Shown piece after piece: positions 39,576 through 53,110 of a DNA stretch of 64,000 bases. The stretch spans positions 124,186,001 to 124,250,000 of the forward strand of contig OZ024741.1 in assembly GCA_964016885.1 (NCBI GenBank). Reading direction: 5' to 3'. The notes under the pieces were generated by a model, which was not told the DNA's origin, ran no database searches, and worked only from the letters and a program-made list of their open reading frames with translations. Each line of letters begins with the position of its first letter. Position 1 is the stretch's first letter. Source of the stretch: Eledone cirrhosa. Its lineage: Eukaryota. Position numbers and translations under genes: made by a program.

Positions 39576-41884
39576 TATATATATTTGACATGAATATACT
39601 ATGGAAGCGTAATTTAGGCATTAGTTAAACAATGGTATTTTGCACATAAATATCGGAAAATATTTCTTATAAAATTCAAAATCTCATTTAGCCCACATAA
39701 TGTGAAACCGTATCTCTTAATGTGAGGAAATTTAAAACTCTCCCACTATCATTCTATTCCTGAGTTTTGAGTTTTCACAACCTCTAAAGAAATTAACATT
39801 GAGTCTCCCCTAAAACACGATCATACCTAAGGGGACACATCTTTAAAATAAGGCAATTGTATATACGCATTCATTTTTAAATAACGCTTAGTGGGGTGTG
39901 GGTTGTTGGCGTAGTATTGACTATACGGTAATATATTTTCGACGGTAAAGATCAAACATCGAAATGGTATACAAGATGAAATTTAATCGTATTTTATTTG
40001 TTTTTTAAGAATAGCAAATGGTATTTAGTTCGGATTCTCTATAAGATGTGGTATATTTAAATTACATTTTCGTTTATTATTTCGAATCAATGAACGATGA
40101 TAAAGCAATTCAAAAGAAACATAGACTTTGAACTTGCTCTATGCTAAGATCGATTTAATCTGATCAGTTTTAGTTTTATTACTTTTCAGCATCTATCGAA
40201 ACCGAAATCGCTTCATCATTGATTTTCGGGAATAAACTATGCGTATTCAAATAGGTTATGGGTCAGCAATTGAGGAATATATCCTTTTACACCTTATTTT
40301 TCTTGGACAATTTCCCGATCACTATTGGTTTCTAACATTATAGGAGAAGGTATTTTATTTTCTATATCCAATTACATCATTTTATAGTCAATTCCCCTAA
40401 ACTAATAATGTTTTACTAAACTAATAATCTCTTACTCTTACTTCACAGTGAAACTTCCAATCAATTCACTACATTTCATAACATTTTCTCCAGCAAATAT
40501 AGCACTGAGAAGATGGGTATGTGTTTATTCGCTATACAAAATTAGATTTTACGACTTAAACGTTACGTTTCTATCGGTTTTATCAACATTCTTGAGTTCA
40601 GAAGATTTCGTGATTTCAGCGAAGAAAATACTTGAGCGGATCTGTAAGACACTATCTAGTACTGTTAAGATTAATGTCGTAAATTACACAGAGACGCCCG
40701 GTTTCCTGAGATGATGTTATGCATTTAAAATAGCTCTATCTAGGATTCAAATCATTGTTAATTTATATCTTGAGCAATCAACAGTGTACACACTGAAGTA
40801 AAGCTTTTTTCTCCTTTTCAAGAAACGGAGGTTCTATATCATTATGAGATAGGAAATAATAGTTTTATTACATTAACTGCTGCTATGGTTGAAATAAATA
40901 TATTTGTTTCGAAATAGAATTGGAACGATTTCACTGACTGTTTTATAAATCGCTCGTTATAGTGTCAGTAAATAAGGATTTTGTAATAATACTTGTGTAG
41001 GGATTTATATAAATATGTCGATTCAGCGTGTTAAATAAACAAAAGAAGGAGGGTATAATCTTTTGTAACATAGTAATGATTATATACTGTTTGGAAGCTA
41101 TGTGAACACATTTAATGGGAAATTGACTTCCAAGAAGTCATAATGTGGTTTTCTCTTGTCTGTTGAAATCATTTCGTTTTACAACTCGAATGTCCACAGG
41201 GAAGATATAAAAGGAAAGGAAACTCTTCCCATAACTTGTGCACCTTTAACGTTGTGCTTAGAATAGAAATCAATATTGTGGAGATTATTATGAAATAGTA
41301 TTTATTGGACCTTGTTTAGATGTTTCGTATTTATTAAGCATAATACAATGAGAATGCAGAAAAATATAACTTTGAAATATAAGGATTATAACATAGCTCC
41401 CATCATTATAGAAATGATTCATTTACTTATGTTTGGCTTTGGGATCGTAAGTGCGTATATGATCCATACGTCGATGGACCAATAACACTTTATGGCGTGG
41501 TAGGGTCGCATGTCTTAGGCATAAAATCTGGGAGAACCAGTTCTACCAGTGAATGAGAAAGAGAAAGGGTGGAGGGTTCTAAGATAGAGATATAGAGGAA
41601 GAATCGCATCCAGCACAGGACAGGTACTTATTAACTTCAGTTGGATATGAAGTCAGAGCGCATATATTTGGAACAAATGCTGTGACGCATTTTATGCAAC
41701 ATTATAACAACTCTGCCAATTCGCTGATCATTGTGAATACACTGCCTCACCCCACTCTAAAGAAGGTACAACTAAACTAAATTGAAAAATAAGAAAACGT
41801 TAGAATGAATTGAAACTTAATAATAATTAAAAAAAAATGAACATTTTTTGAGCATTCGACAAACAAGATCTCTGAACATGTCAT

Positions 41885-42075
41885 GGTCTCTACTTTTGGC
41901 ACAAGGCCAGCAATTTGAAGTGAAGGGTAAAGTCTATTAAACCGACTCCAGTGCCTTATTGTTAAATTATTTTATCAACCACGGTTGGATTTGAACTCAG
42001 AAAGTAAAGGTCCATAATTTTATGCTAAAAAGCATGTTGTCCGACGCTCTGCTGATGCTACCAGCCCACCGTCCT
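41885..42075 (-). mobile_element. SINE family A (reverse)
   Basis: ttttggcacaaggccagcaattt...ggatttgaactcag. Confidence 0.75.
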
Positions 42076-42306
42076 TACGTGTCATATAACTAATAACATA
42101 TAACACTAAGGATAAAGGAATAATTGAAATTACATTCATTAGGTACGAAAATAATCACTAAAAATATACACGACTTTATCCCTCATATTTAATCTTCGGC
42201 AATGCAATGATTGTAGTTTCATTTTAAAAGATTGAATACTCGATTAAAAGTTATCTAAGTAGCATATTGAATCTGAAGAATATCATCCACACACTAACCA
42301 GTAGTG

Positions 42307-42351
<45 letters not shown>

Positions 42352-42488
42352 GGGGGGGGGGGCGTGTGTGTCCGCGCGAGTGTGTGCGTGTATGTCTGTG
42401 CATGTATATATATATGTACTTATGTATGTATATGTATATGCGTTAAACTAATAAGAATTTTTCTACGCCTGGGTTTTGTTTTCTTGAA

Positions 42489-42536
<48 letters not shown>

Positions 42537-42578
42537 ATGTATGTTTCTGTGTATTTGTATGTATATCTCATTGCATAT

Positions 42579-42614
<36 letters not shown>

Positions 42615-42617
<3 letters not shown>

Positions 42618-42804
42618 AAAAAGAATGACCCCGACGGCAGAGCTCAAGCCGTTTCGACGGCTATTTCAGTCTAGAAATAGCAGTCCAAACGGCTTTAGCT
42701 CTACCGTCGGGGTCATACTTTTTCTCTTTTCCCACTCTACTACCCTAAGTATTGAGTACTCTGGTGCGTGATGATCCATCTGGTTCCTTACCACAATTCC
42801 TTTG

Positions 42805-42807
<3 letters not shown>
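42615..42807 (+). mobile_element. Fold-back PLE terminus, family P1 copy 3
   Basis: Same arms and tail; central loop only about 5 nt. Confidence 0.75.
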
Positions 42808-42859
<52 letters not shown>

Positions 42860-44569
42860 TATGTGTGTATATATATGTATCTATATAGTATGTTCTCAGA
42901 ATAGATGTAATTAAATCAAGTGCTATTTACATAGCCAATAAATATATTATTTGTACAGTCTGTTTTCTGATCATTTTCAATTTTTGCTAAAAGAGAATCT
43001 GTAAACATGATGTATATCTATAGAAATATATGATGTTGTATGGATCTTGAATACACGCTGTCAGACTTAACTTGGGGTTATGGAAATCGAAATTTATTAA
43101 AACGAATTCATATAACTATTATTTGGGGATATTTTCAAAAATGTAATTCATAATATCAAACTCCTTCTGGGAAATATTTTATTTCCTTCATATAGTTTTA
43201 TTTTGTAAGCTTCCATTAATTTTCTGAATAAAAAAAAAACACATAAATTTGTATATATAAAATGCTCGCTAATTTTGGCTTTTTTCCTTGAATGCTTTTA
43301 ATGTTTTGGCAAAAATTCTGAATATTATATTCAGTTCAGCATTAAAATGGTTATTTTAGAATTTATTATATCAAAAGGTCACTGTTTAGTTACACACCAC
43401 ACATTTAGTTGTTTGCACTACACATTAACTAATACTGGCATTCTGGTAAAGGTGTTGTGACTCGATCATATGTTTGTGGGTTCGTTTCTTGAAAAATACA
43501 TGTGCAAAATAATTTATTTCTACCAGGAATTTGGATTTGCAGATAGAATCAGCAGTGAAACTTCCTTTCATAATATTGCTTCCATCCATCCATTCATCCA
43601 ATTAGTCAAATTTAGCGTTGGCACATTTTCTCGTGACGGCGCACGGTCTAGCGTTTTGGGGATTGGATTCAGTATTATAAGATTATGCGTTAAAATCATG
43701 AACTGGGCAGCGCATTCTGTTCTTGAGTGAAATACTTAATTGAACGTTGGCTCTCTGCAAGCAACTACATCCACCAGGTATTGAGGTATAGACAGGTGGA
43801 AGAATGATTTCCTTATCTCGGCCTGAAGATCAGCGTCTTTCCTATTTATTAAACTAACTTTTAGAGAAATATCACACATGAGTGCGAATACAACACATCA
43901 CATTTACTTCTATGTTGTGTTAAACAATACGGAATAACATCATAAAATCAGCTAGAAAAGGTTGATGTTAAGTTCAAGACAGGTTTCACTCTCAAAATAC
44001 TTGAAAATTAAATGTCATACTATTTTTCACTTTCTATAAAATCAATAATTTTATTAAGCGGCATAAATATTTTCAATCTAGGTCACTTTTAAATATGCCA
44101 ATGGACGTTTCTCGCTATCTACGACGAATGAAGTATTCATGTCTTTCAACGAAAGACCCTGTTCACGAAATTAATGTGTACATGATTGAACATTCCGCGG
44201 GCACGTGCAACCTTCATATAATTTTCAAAGAAAATCAGCTTGAACTTTTCAATGAGAAGTATAGTCTACTCGGCGGACTTCTATACGGTTTCATCTCCGT
44301 AAATTCCCTCACAAGGCTATGGTAAATAGTACCTGGTCAGGATCCAGTGTTATTGAAGTGGGTACCTAATTGTGGTGAAGCGAATCCCGTAACAATTCAT
44401 TCGGCATGTGGTGCAAACAAATTCTACGATATTTCATATAAACATCATGATTGCATTCTCGATCCTCCAGTCGGACTACAATTGTAATATGGTCTTGCTC
44501 ATATATATATATAAACATGTGCATTGGCCGAAATAGCCACACCAACTAAATATAGCAGCTGTGTTAGAC

Positions 44570-45147
44570 TCCTTAGTTTTTTGTTTTATTTCACTTCTCA
44601 CTTTCCAATCTTACATTCTGATACATCTTTCTCTCATTTTTTATTATATTCTTTTTTACTATATGTTTTCATTGTCCCCTAATCGCATTTGATTTACTAT
44701 TTCTATAACGTCCCTCCTCCACTTTCTAAAGAATCCTTTTTTCGCCAAACCTCCTCTGGCCTACTTTCATACATATTCCTTAGAATTTGCCGTGTAGATT
44801 TCACTTCTACGCTTGACCGGTTCTACCCACTCCCCTATCGTTCTACCAGCAAGTTCAGCCACCCCCACCCCGCATCGACTGCCATGATAGACTTTTCTGT
44901 GTCTGCTACAAATTTTGTCCAATCCACTTGACAACTACAATCTTCCCATATAAGGAAATACCCTTGAAAAGTTCGGCCATTTATTTACCAGACTAAAAAA
45001 AGTCTTTGTTTAGTCCAGAAATAGCCGTCGAAACGGCTTGAGCTCTGCCGTCAGGTTCATACTTTCTCCTATTACCCACTCTACTACCCTAAGTATTGAG
45101 TACTCTGGTGGGTTATGGTCCATCTTGCTCATTACCACAACTCCTTC

Positions 45148-45150
<3 letters not shown>
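44570..45150 (+). mobile_element. Non-inverted family P1 copy with a full but decayed hammerhead (44960-45057)
   Basis: accc TTGAAAA gttcggccattt...aaatagccgtc GAAA cggc..gccg UC aggt, preceded by a pyrimidine-rich body. The left boundary is uncertain. Confidence 0.6.
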
Positions 45151-45201
<51 letters not shown>

Positions 45202-45821
45202 GCTAACTCATGAAAAGGTCTTGATAAATTGAACTACATTAATATCATATGTGTAGTCGTTGTTTTGTTAATGTATGACTATCCAAAGAAAAATCTTTAG
45301 GATAATGTCTGTTACTGTTGACATGAATGTGCGTCTATATTAATGTTCGCTATTTGTCAGAATGATGTTTGTAATGTTGTTTTACGAGAGAACTTCGGTA
45401 ATATTAGCAATGTTAACGATCATCTATGGAATACCACAGGAACTACAATATATAGAATATTCTCCGGTAATTATGTGATTAATAACACATTTTTGTTTGA
45501 CTGGTAACACAGTGGTTTTTGTTGTTGTTATTTTTTTGTTTTTGTGTACTCGCTTTTGATTTGACAGTGGAATCGATATTGATTTATTTATTTTATTGCC
45601 ATCGATGTTTCAAAGCCGGATGTGATTTCTTTTGTTAGATCGTCAGAGAGACTCCGAGGGCGGATACTATGGCCTTTACAGGCCCTCCCAGACTTAGGTC
45701 ATTATTATTAAGCTTGAACATATAAATATATATATCTACAAACACTCACATACACACATACATATATATATATACACACATGCACACACGCACACACTCG
45801 CAAACACACACACACACACAT

Positions 45822-45893
<72 letters not shown>

Positions 45894-45904
45894 ATATATA
45901 TGTA

Positions 45905-45963
<59 letters not shown>

Positions 45964-46724
45964 TTACATCAATGTGGGTTGAGAAGAAATTCCAGAAGAT
46001 AGACCTCTGGGGACTAAGGATCGTAAAATAATTGATTAGTGGTGGTGTCAAAGATTAGATATCATAGGGGTGACGGGAAGGAGTATGATGTAGTGTGATA
46101 ATTTGGATATATATTTCTTTTTAAATATGCGTATTATACTAGGAGGGGTGGAGTGCATTACATTTTCATAAATCTCTAACTGTTGAGATTAACATGATTA
46201 TTATTGCGACAAAATGGCCCCCATATCGATGTTGTGGATGAGAAAATAACTCTAGTGGGGTGCTTTTCTGGAAAAGAAGAATTTCGATGAAGTGATTAGT
46301 TTCGTTTTAATGTAAGGGGATAAAGTAGTTGGAGAGGAGTAGATTTGGGGTTGGTGACGAATCCCCTTCATTGTATAAAAATATCTCAGTGATAGCAAAC
46401 ATTTTTTTTGCTAGTTACAAATCAGGCAAGAAAATCAACACGTCTCTTCGCTACGTAATATCCCATTGCATTTCAAATACTGTATTACGTATACATGTGT
46501 TCGTTATTTGATTATTTAGAAATAGAGATTACTTGTGTGCAGAGATTGAAAATATAAACAACCACTGTAATAGCATATATCACTCAAGGATTAAAGTACG
46601 CACAAATAAATACATAGCCAAATTCCCAGTATGTATTTACAAATATACAAAATATAAAGAAGATATCACTACTGGTGATTGAACACATAAATACAATAGT
46701 ACAATACAATAGTACAAATAATGA

Positions 46725-47370
46725 TTTCTAGAATAGGCACAAGCCCAGTAAATTGGGGAAAGGAAAAGTCGATTAAATCGACTCCAGTGCGTGACTGGTA
46801 CATTATTTTATCGACCCCCGTAAGGATGAAAGGCAAGCAAATTAAACCTCGGCGGGATTTGATCTCAGATAATAAAGGGCCGTAAATCTATGCTGCAAAG
46901 CATGGCGTCCGACCCTCTAGCGATACTACCACTCCGCCACCCTCAATATTACAAATAACAATTGTTTCTACGTTAGGCACAATGCCACCAATTTGAAAGG
47001 TAGTGGAAAGTCGAATAAATCGACCCCACTGCGTTACTTGCACTTTATTATATCGACCCCGTAAGGATGAAAGGCAAAGCGAACCTCAGGGGCATTTGAA
47101 CTCAGAACGTAAAGGGACGTAACCAGATGACGCAAAGTTTGTTGCCCGATACTCTACTGGTACTGCCAATCCAACGCCCAATAATTATAATTGTTTCTAC
47201 TTTTGGCACAAGGACAGCAATTATCTCAGTGTATTACTGGAACTTTATTTTATCGACCCCGTAAGGATGAAAGGCAAAGTTAACCTCCGCAGGATTTTAA
47301 CTCAGACCATAAAGGGCCGTAACTCTTTGCTGCAAAGCACGGTATCCGACCCTCTACCGATACTGCCAAT
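46725..47370 (-). mobile_element. Three tandem SINE family A copies (reverse)
   Basis: tatcgacccc-gtaaggatgaaaggcaa repeated at about 46810, 47051 and 47251. Confidence 0.85.
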
Positions 47371-47423
47371 AATGATGTTTTCTTTGCTTGTGTATAGCAT
47401 ACGTCTTCGGCATTCCCCTTCAC

Positions 47424-47457
<34 letters not shown>

Positions 47458-48447
47458 GGGGAGAAATAGGGGATGGAGAGAAGAAGAGAGAGTGGGGAGT
47501 GAAGCGCGTGGTGTAATTTGATTGTGGCATCGTGTAAAATGTTGAAAACAGCATTTTAGAAGTCTGCAGCAATGGAACGAGTATGTCAAATATGAGCAAT
47601 AATTATAAACTGTTTTGGGAAAGGTATCAGAGAATTGTTAAAGTATTATTTACTATTACGGGAATAAAGCCCATTTGTCAACTGCCAACATATTAAATAA
47701 ATAGCGTAAACATAATTTTCAACGAAACATTCAAAGAGATGACTTTTGGGAAAGTATTATGGAATCCATAAAATGAAATGTTGATTTCTTATTTTGACAT
47801 AGAACATAAGTGATTTCATTAAAAAGAATCGCAAGTTAAAAATAATCACCTTACTAATAGCGTTCAATATGAATAAATATAAAATAATTAAAACATGTCA
47901 ACAACATACAATTTTCAACAAGAAATTTGTCAGTGTTTATTAACGAAAACATAGACTAGAAATACGGTGTTTTGAAAGAAAGGAAAACAATAACATTCTC
48001 CCTCTAAAATATAGTTATTCTTAAAATAATATACAGATTCTGTTTTTATATATGATAATGTCTGTCTGAGATACAATCTGCCGTACAAATTTTTTGTTTG
48101 TTTTGATTCTAACTATCAGCCTACCTCTGTCTTTCTCTCACACACACACATATATAAATGACACCAATAACACACGTACAAACACAAACACACACACATA
48201 TATATGTATATATTTATATGTGTGTGTGTGTATGAAACTGTTTGTAGAACAATCAACAGACGATATATATATATATAAGGGATAACAAAATATCGTTATA
48301 GGTAATCCTGTTAGACGTTGTGAATACTTCGTGTTATGGATAGTTTTAGCGTACGGCGTTGTTTGACTCAACAATGGGTTTACGTAGGTGGCAAGTTTAT
48401 GAGGTCTCTTGCATTCCTATGTAAGTTTATCTTGGAGTAATAATATT

Positions 48448-48756
48448 GAAAGAGTGAAGAATAACATGGTCAACAGTACAAAAAAATGTTTTATTTACAG
48501 TCTAACAATCGTTTCACTGATTAAGTTGTCTAAAAATTGCTGAACACTTGGAGCTGTGCCACTCAATTTTAAATACGTTGTTAGCTTAACAAGATCATCA
48601 GAGAAACAGTTTCTCTGATGTTTCAACGTATTTAAAATTGAGTGGCACAGCTCCAAGTGTTCAGCAATTTTTAGACAACTTAATCAGTGAAACGATTGTT
48701 AGACTGTAAATAAAACCCTTGTTTGTACTGTTGATCATGTTATTCTTCACTCTTTC
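48448..48756. repeat. 133-bp inverted repeat, PLE terminus with HHR motif (48501-48604, -)
   Basis: Arms 48448-48580 and 48624-48756; tct CUGAUGA tcttgttaag...cttaatcagt GAAA cgattg UU aga; extra hairpin catcagagaaac-a-gtttctctgatg in the spacer. Confidence 0.85.
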
Positions 48757-48769
48757 TATTTTATATATA

Positions 48770-50065
48770 TATAGTGAAAATGGAACGGGAACAAAACAGA
48801 GAGGCAGTACGAACAAAGTTGTATTAGTTTCACGGTCTTGGGAGTGGTGGGAGGGAACGACGTTTCGGGCATAAGCCCTTCTTCAGGTGAAAAGTGATTG
48901 GGAAGAGAGTTCCAAGGGTGTGTAGGGGAGTGGGGGAGAGACATTTAGAAAAAAGGGGGCGGAGGAAAAACGGTGGAAAGGGTACAAATAAAAATAAATA
49001 TAAAAAAATAAAAATAAAAATAAACATGAAGATAAACAAGTGATGGAAGGGTGTGGGGCGTGTAGGGGTGGTGTCGGTTGGAGTTGGGAGATGGAGGCGG
49101 GGTGTCCGAGCGGGGAGGGCTGGAGGTGGTGTATGTGTGTAGGGGTACGTGTATGTGTGTGTATGTGTATGTGAATGTGAGAGTTGGGGGAAGAACGAGG
49201 TTCCATGTTCAGGAAAAGGTGTGTGTGTGGAGTGGGGTGTAGGTCAGTGTGTGTCTGCTCGTGGTGATGGGGAGGGGTCAGAGAGGTGGTGGGGGAGGGG
49301 GATTCCGGAGTCTGAGTGTGTAAATGCGTGGGAGTACGCACGTGTGTGTGGTGTTTATACGTATTGTGGATGTAGGTGGCGTGTGAGAAAAAAAATGTTT
49401 GTGAGTGTATGTCCTGGGTAAGTTCCTAAGGTTGTTCCGTAGAGGTGTGGTGAGTTGCCGGATATCTTCCATGTGATGGAGTTGATTGGTGGGAACGATG
49501 GCCAATGTGTGTAATACGTGGTGGGGTTGGTCGGAAGAGAGGAGATGATGGGTGCGCGCGCAAAAGGAAGTGGTCAGAGGGTCAAGGCAGGAGGAGGGTA
49601 GAGGAGAATGACAGGTGGAGAGGGCTGTGTGTCTGTGTGTGCGGAGAAGTGGTCAGAGTGTCAAGGCATAGCAGCAGTAGAGGAGAATGGCTGGTGGAAA
49701 AAGTCGGTGTGTCAGTGTGTGCGGAGGTGCGGTGGACAGGGGAGAGGATGGGTAGGTGTGACAGGTGGAGTGAGGAGGGGGTCGTTCGGGAGGAGGGTGT
49801 GTGTATTAGTAGAGGTGTTAGTGGGATGTGTGTGAGTGTGTGAAGGGGTATGGGTGGAGTGGGGAGAGGGAGATAAAGGTGTGGGGGATGGTGGAGGGAG
49901 TGTAATGTACTGGTGTGTGTGTGCGTGTTTGGATGAGTGTGTGTATGGTGAAGGTGGTGTTAATGGGTGTCAGTATACTGATGGTGGGGAAAGGGTTGAA
50001 TGCGGGTGTGTTAGTGGGGGTCAGTGGTGGTAGGGTGTGTCGAGTGGGTGGTGTAAGTGGGTGTG
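48770..50065 (-). mobile_element. C/A-rich (minus strand) low-complexity element ending in an HHR; probable PLE 3' region
   Basis: Strong strand asymmetry, HHR near its 3' end, bounded by (TA)n; no recognisable protein motif. Confidence 0.45.
48857..48888 (-). ncRNA. Minimal hammerhead motif with extra A
   Basis: ac CUGAAGA A gggc-ttat-gccc GAAA cg UC gt; weak stem I. Confidence 0.6.
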
Positions 50066-50105
<40 letters not shown>

Positions 50106-50138
50106 AAAGTTATATTTAAAATTGTTGGGTTACAATTA

Positions 50139-50181
<43 letters not shown>

Positions 50182-50333
50182 CATAGGATTAAAATACTGG
50201 AGCGTGTTGGAGTTAAACACCCTCTTCGTATTATAGAAATGACAGTAAAGGTATAGCTCAATGTAATTAAACAGAGCCGAAGAATTATGAAAATAAAACA
50301 AAGAAGCCTTCAATACATCAAAAGTCTTTATTA

Positions 50334-50371
50334 GCCAACAATGTTTCGTCCTGTTAAGGACTCATCAGGGC
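50334..50371 (-). ncRNA. Compact type I hammerhead motif
   Basis: gcc CUGAUGA gtcct-taac-aggac GAAA cattg UU ggc; canonical core with G10.1-C11.1 pair. Confidence 0.85.
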
Positions 50372-51151
50372 AATTAATATATATATATATCGCAGTCGAA
50401 TTAAGTTGGGAGTAACCACACTAAATACATTTTAAAAGTGAAATGTAAATATAGAATTGGCTTCTACAGGACTAGAACTGTTTCGTATGGAATCATTAGG
50501 AATGATGAATTTTGTATTTGAAGATTTTCTTCCAGGGGAAAACTTGGATGGAGCGTATGAATTGCTCAAATCGCATGTTGACATCTTCTTTAGTCAGGCT
50601 GTCGGTCCGTTTCAGGAGTTCCACCCGAATCAATTGCCAATTAACTTTATGGAGGCTTATGGTGGATAGAAACAGAATGTTTCCTGTCGACTAGATAGCT
50701 AAAGTTTCCTCGGATTATACGTTACTAGTTATGTTTCAAGAGAATCTTTGGTGTCACTTTCATACCCCCCCCCCCACACACACACACACGCACACACACA
50801 TCTATGTGTATATATAAATATATATATATATATATCGACAATCGATTGACTTTTGTTAAAATCGGACCTAGGAAACAATATTTACATTGGTTTTTCCAAT
50901 TGCTAATACTATCTATCGGTCGTAAATCCCAGCAGAAGAAGCAACGTGAAATAAAGTGTCTTGCCCAAGGACATAACGCATCGCCTGGTCCGGGAATCGA
51001 ATTCTCAATCTTACGAATGCTAAGTCAAATCTCTAACCACTCAGCCACTATATATATATTGGGCAACCATTACTGTTGGAGAGCTTCCAACAGTAATGGT
51101 GGCATTCTTTAAGGGTATGTCAATATTTATTTATAAAACTGATCTATATTA

Positions 51152-51216
51152 TATTTTATCTGATGAAAGCACACCATAATTTAACTTGGTGTCCTTGAAA
51201 TATGTATATTGAAATA
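51152..51216 (+). ncRNA. Hammerhead motif (P3-like)
   Basis: ttttat CUGAUGA aagcacacca-taatttaact-tggtgtcctt GAAA tatgta UA ttgaaa. Confidence 0.7.
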
Positions 51217-51437
51217 AATATGGTTTTATAAATATAGTTTCCATTTGTTAATATCGTATTTTTACTCCAAATATTTGTTGAGTGCTTTATATCAGGTATA
51301 AAAATATTTGCTTGTTGTATCCCAACAATATAAATAGAACTTTTACATATATATAGATATATGTATATATATGTGTGTGTAGGTATCAATACTTTATGTA
51401 CCAGCCGTGCTAGAACGAGAAATAACATTCTTATTTC

Positions 51438-51492
<55 letters not shown>

Positions 51493-51643
51493 TACACGGG
51501 TGTGTATGATTGTGTATAGAAGATTATATTAACAAAAGGAATTCCAACTTTGTCTGATTTACTCGTTTTATTTACACTCTTTAAAATTTATAATCGTATT
51601 AGAATGAAATAGTATGGTAGAATATTAAATGTTAAGTGTTAAT

Positions 51644-51682
51644 TGAACAAGTACTTTCATGCTTTCGCAATCTTCAGGTTCA
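51644..51682 (-). ncRNA. Minimal hammerhead motif; mirror copy at 52788-52826 (+) has G8U
   Basis: tgaac CUGAAGA ttgc-gaaa-gcat GAAA gtac UU gttca. Confidence 0.8.
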
Positions 51683-51972
51683 TATTGTGTGGTGACAGTC
51701 AATTTGCAATTTTCAACTGTAATGAGATGGGTAAATTTTGTGCCTTATATACAGTGAAAAGCGGCTACAGAATGCTACATTCTGCAAATGCATTTCGACA
51801 AATCGGTGTGTAGTTTCACTGGATTACTAAAGCTGATTGGTTTCGGCGTCACCGTTGGTTGAGCATGTATAACGAATACTATTTGACCTTATCCAAAGCA
51901 TATTTTACTAAGAGTCAAAGATTCGTCTGTGATTAAGACTTTTAATTCATTACTTTGAGCAATGAGCGGTAG

Positions 51973-52413
51973 GTTCTAACAAAAGCAAAGTTTGACCTTA
52001 ACAACAAAGACCAATCATTCACTGTATCTAAATGCAATGATAGTCGATGTCGCACATGTCAATCCATACACAACGGTCTATATATGAACACAAAAACTGG
52101 AAAAATATTCCCAAATGCAAATATGAACTGCAAAAGCAGAAATATAATTTACTGCATTAAATGCCCGAATTGTGAAGAACTATATGTCGGTCAAACTGGA
52201 AATGCATTATCGGAACGTGCAATGGTGCACTCACAGCAAATCAGAGGCCCAAATATCCATCAGATACCCTTGAGTAACCATCTAGCAACATGTGGTCAGA
52301 GAATATTTATAATATTTCCATTCTACAAATTACACAGCCCAAGTGAAATCAAGAGAAAAATCAAAGAAAAGAATTTTATTGATAAATTCCAACCCAAGCT
52401 AAATGAACAATAA
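51973..52413 (+). pseudogene. PLE zinc-linker plus GIY-YIG endonuclease fragment
   Basis: KCNDSRCRTC...NCKSRNIIYCIKCPNCEELYVGQTGNALSERAMVH...H...RKIKEKNFIDKFQPKLN. Confidence 0.9.
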
Positions 52414-52978
52414 TAATTGGGTATTACTCCTACTATGACTACGACCATGTCGACTACTACCACTAACAACAAAAATAACAACAATAATAATAATAAAAGT
52501 GATGTTGATGGTGATGATTACTAGAAAATGCTATTTTCATCATTTCTAAAAATAGCAAAACAATTGATGCTTTGGATCGGGTCAAATAGTGGTCGTTAGA
52601 CATGCTCAACAAACCGTGACGCCTAAACCAATCAGCTTTAGTAATCCAGTGAAACTACACACCGATTGGTCGAAATAGAGTTTGCAGAATCTAAAATTCT
52701 GTAGCCGCTTTTCACTGTATATAAGGCACAAAATTTACCCATCTCATTACAGTTGAAAATTGCAAACTTGACTGTCACCACAGAATATGAACCTGAATAT
52801 TGCGAAAGCATGAAAGTACTTGTTCAATTAACACTTAACATTTAATATTCTACCATACTATTTCATTCTAATACCATTATAAATTTTAAAGGATTGTAAA
52901 TAAAACGAGTAAATCAGACAAAGTTGGAATTCCTTTTATTAATATATATGTATAATATATAAATATATGTGTGTGAGT

Positions 52979-53017
<39 letters not shown>

Positions 53018-53042
53018 CGTTTGCGTGTGTGTATGTGTGCGC

Positions 53043-53110
<68 letters not shown>

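Larger units (their letters stand above)
51525..52946 (+). mobile_element. 5'-truncated Neptune-type PLE with inverted pseudo-LTRs
   Basis: Inverted arms of about 380 bp (51525-51901 and 52567-52946) flank a GIY-YIG ORF; HHR in each arm. Confidence 0.85.
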
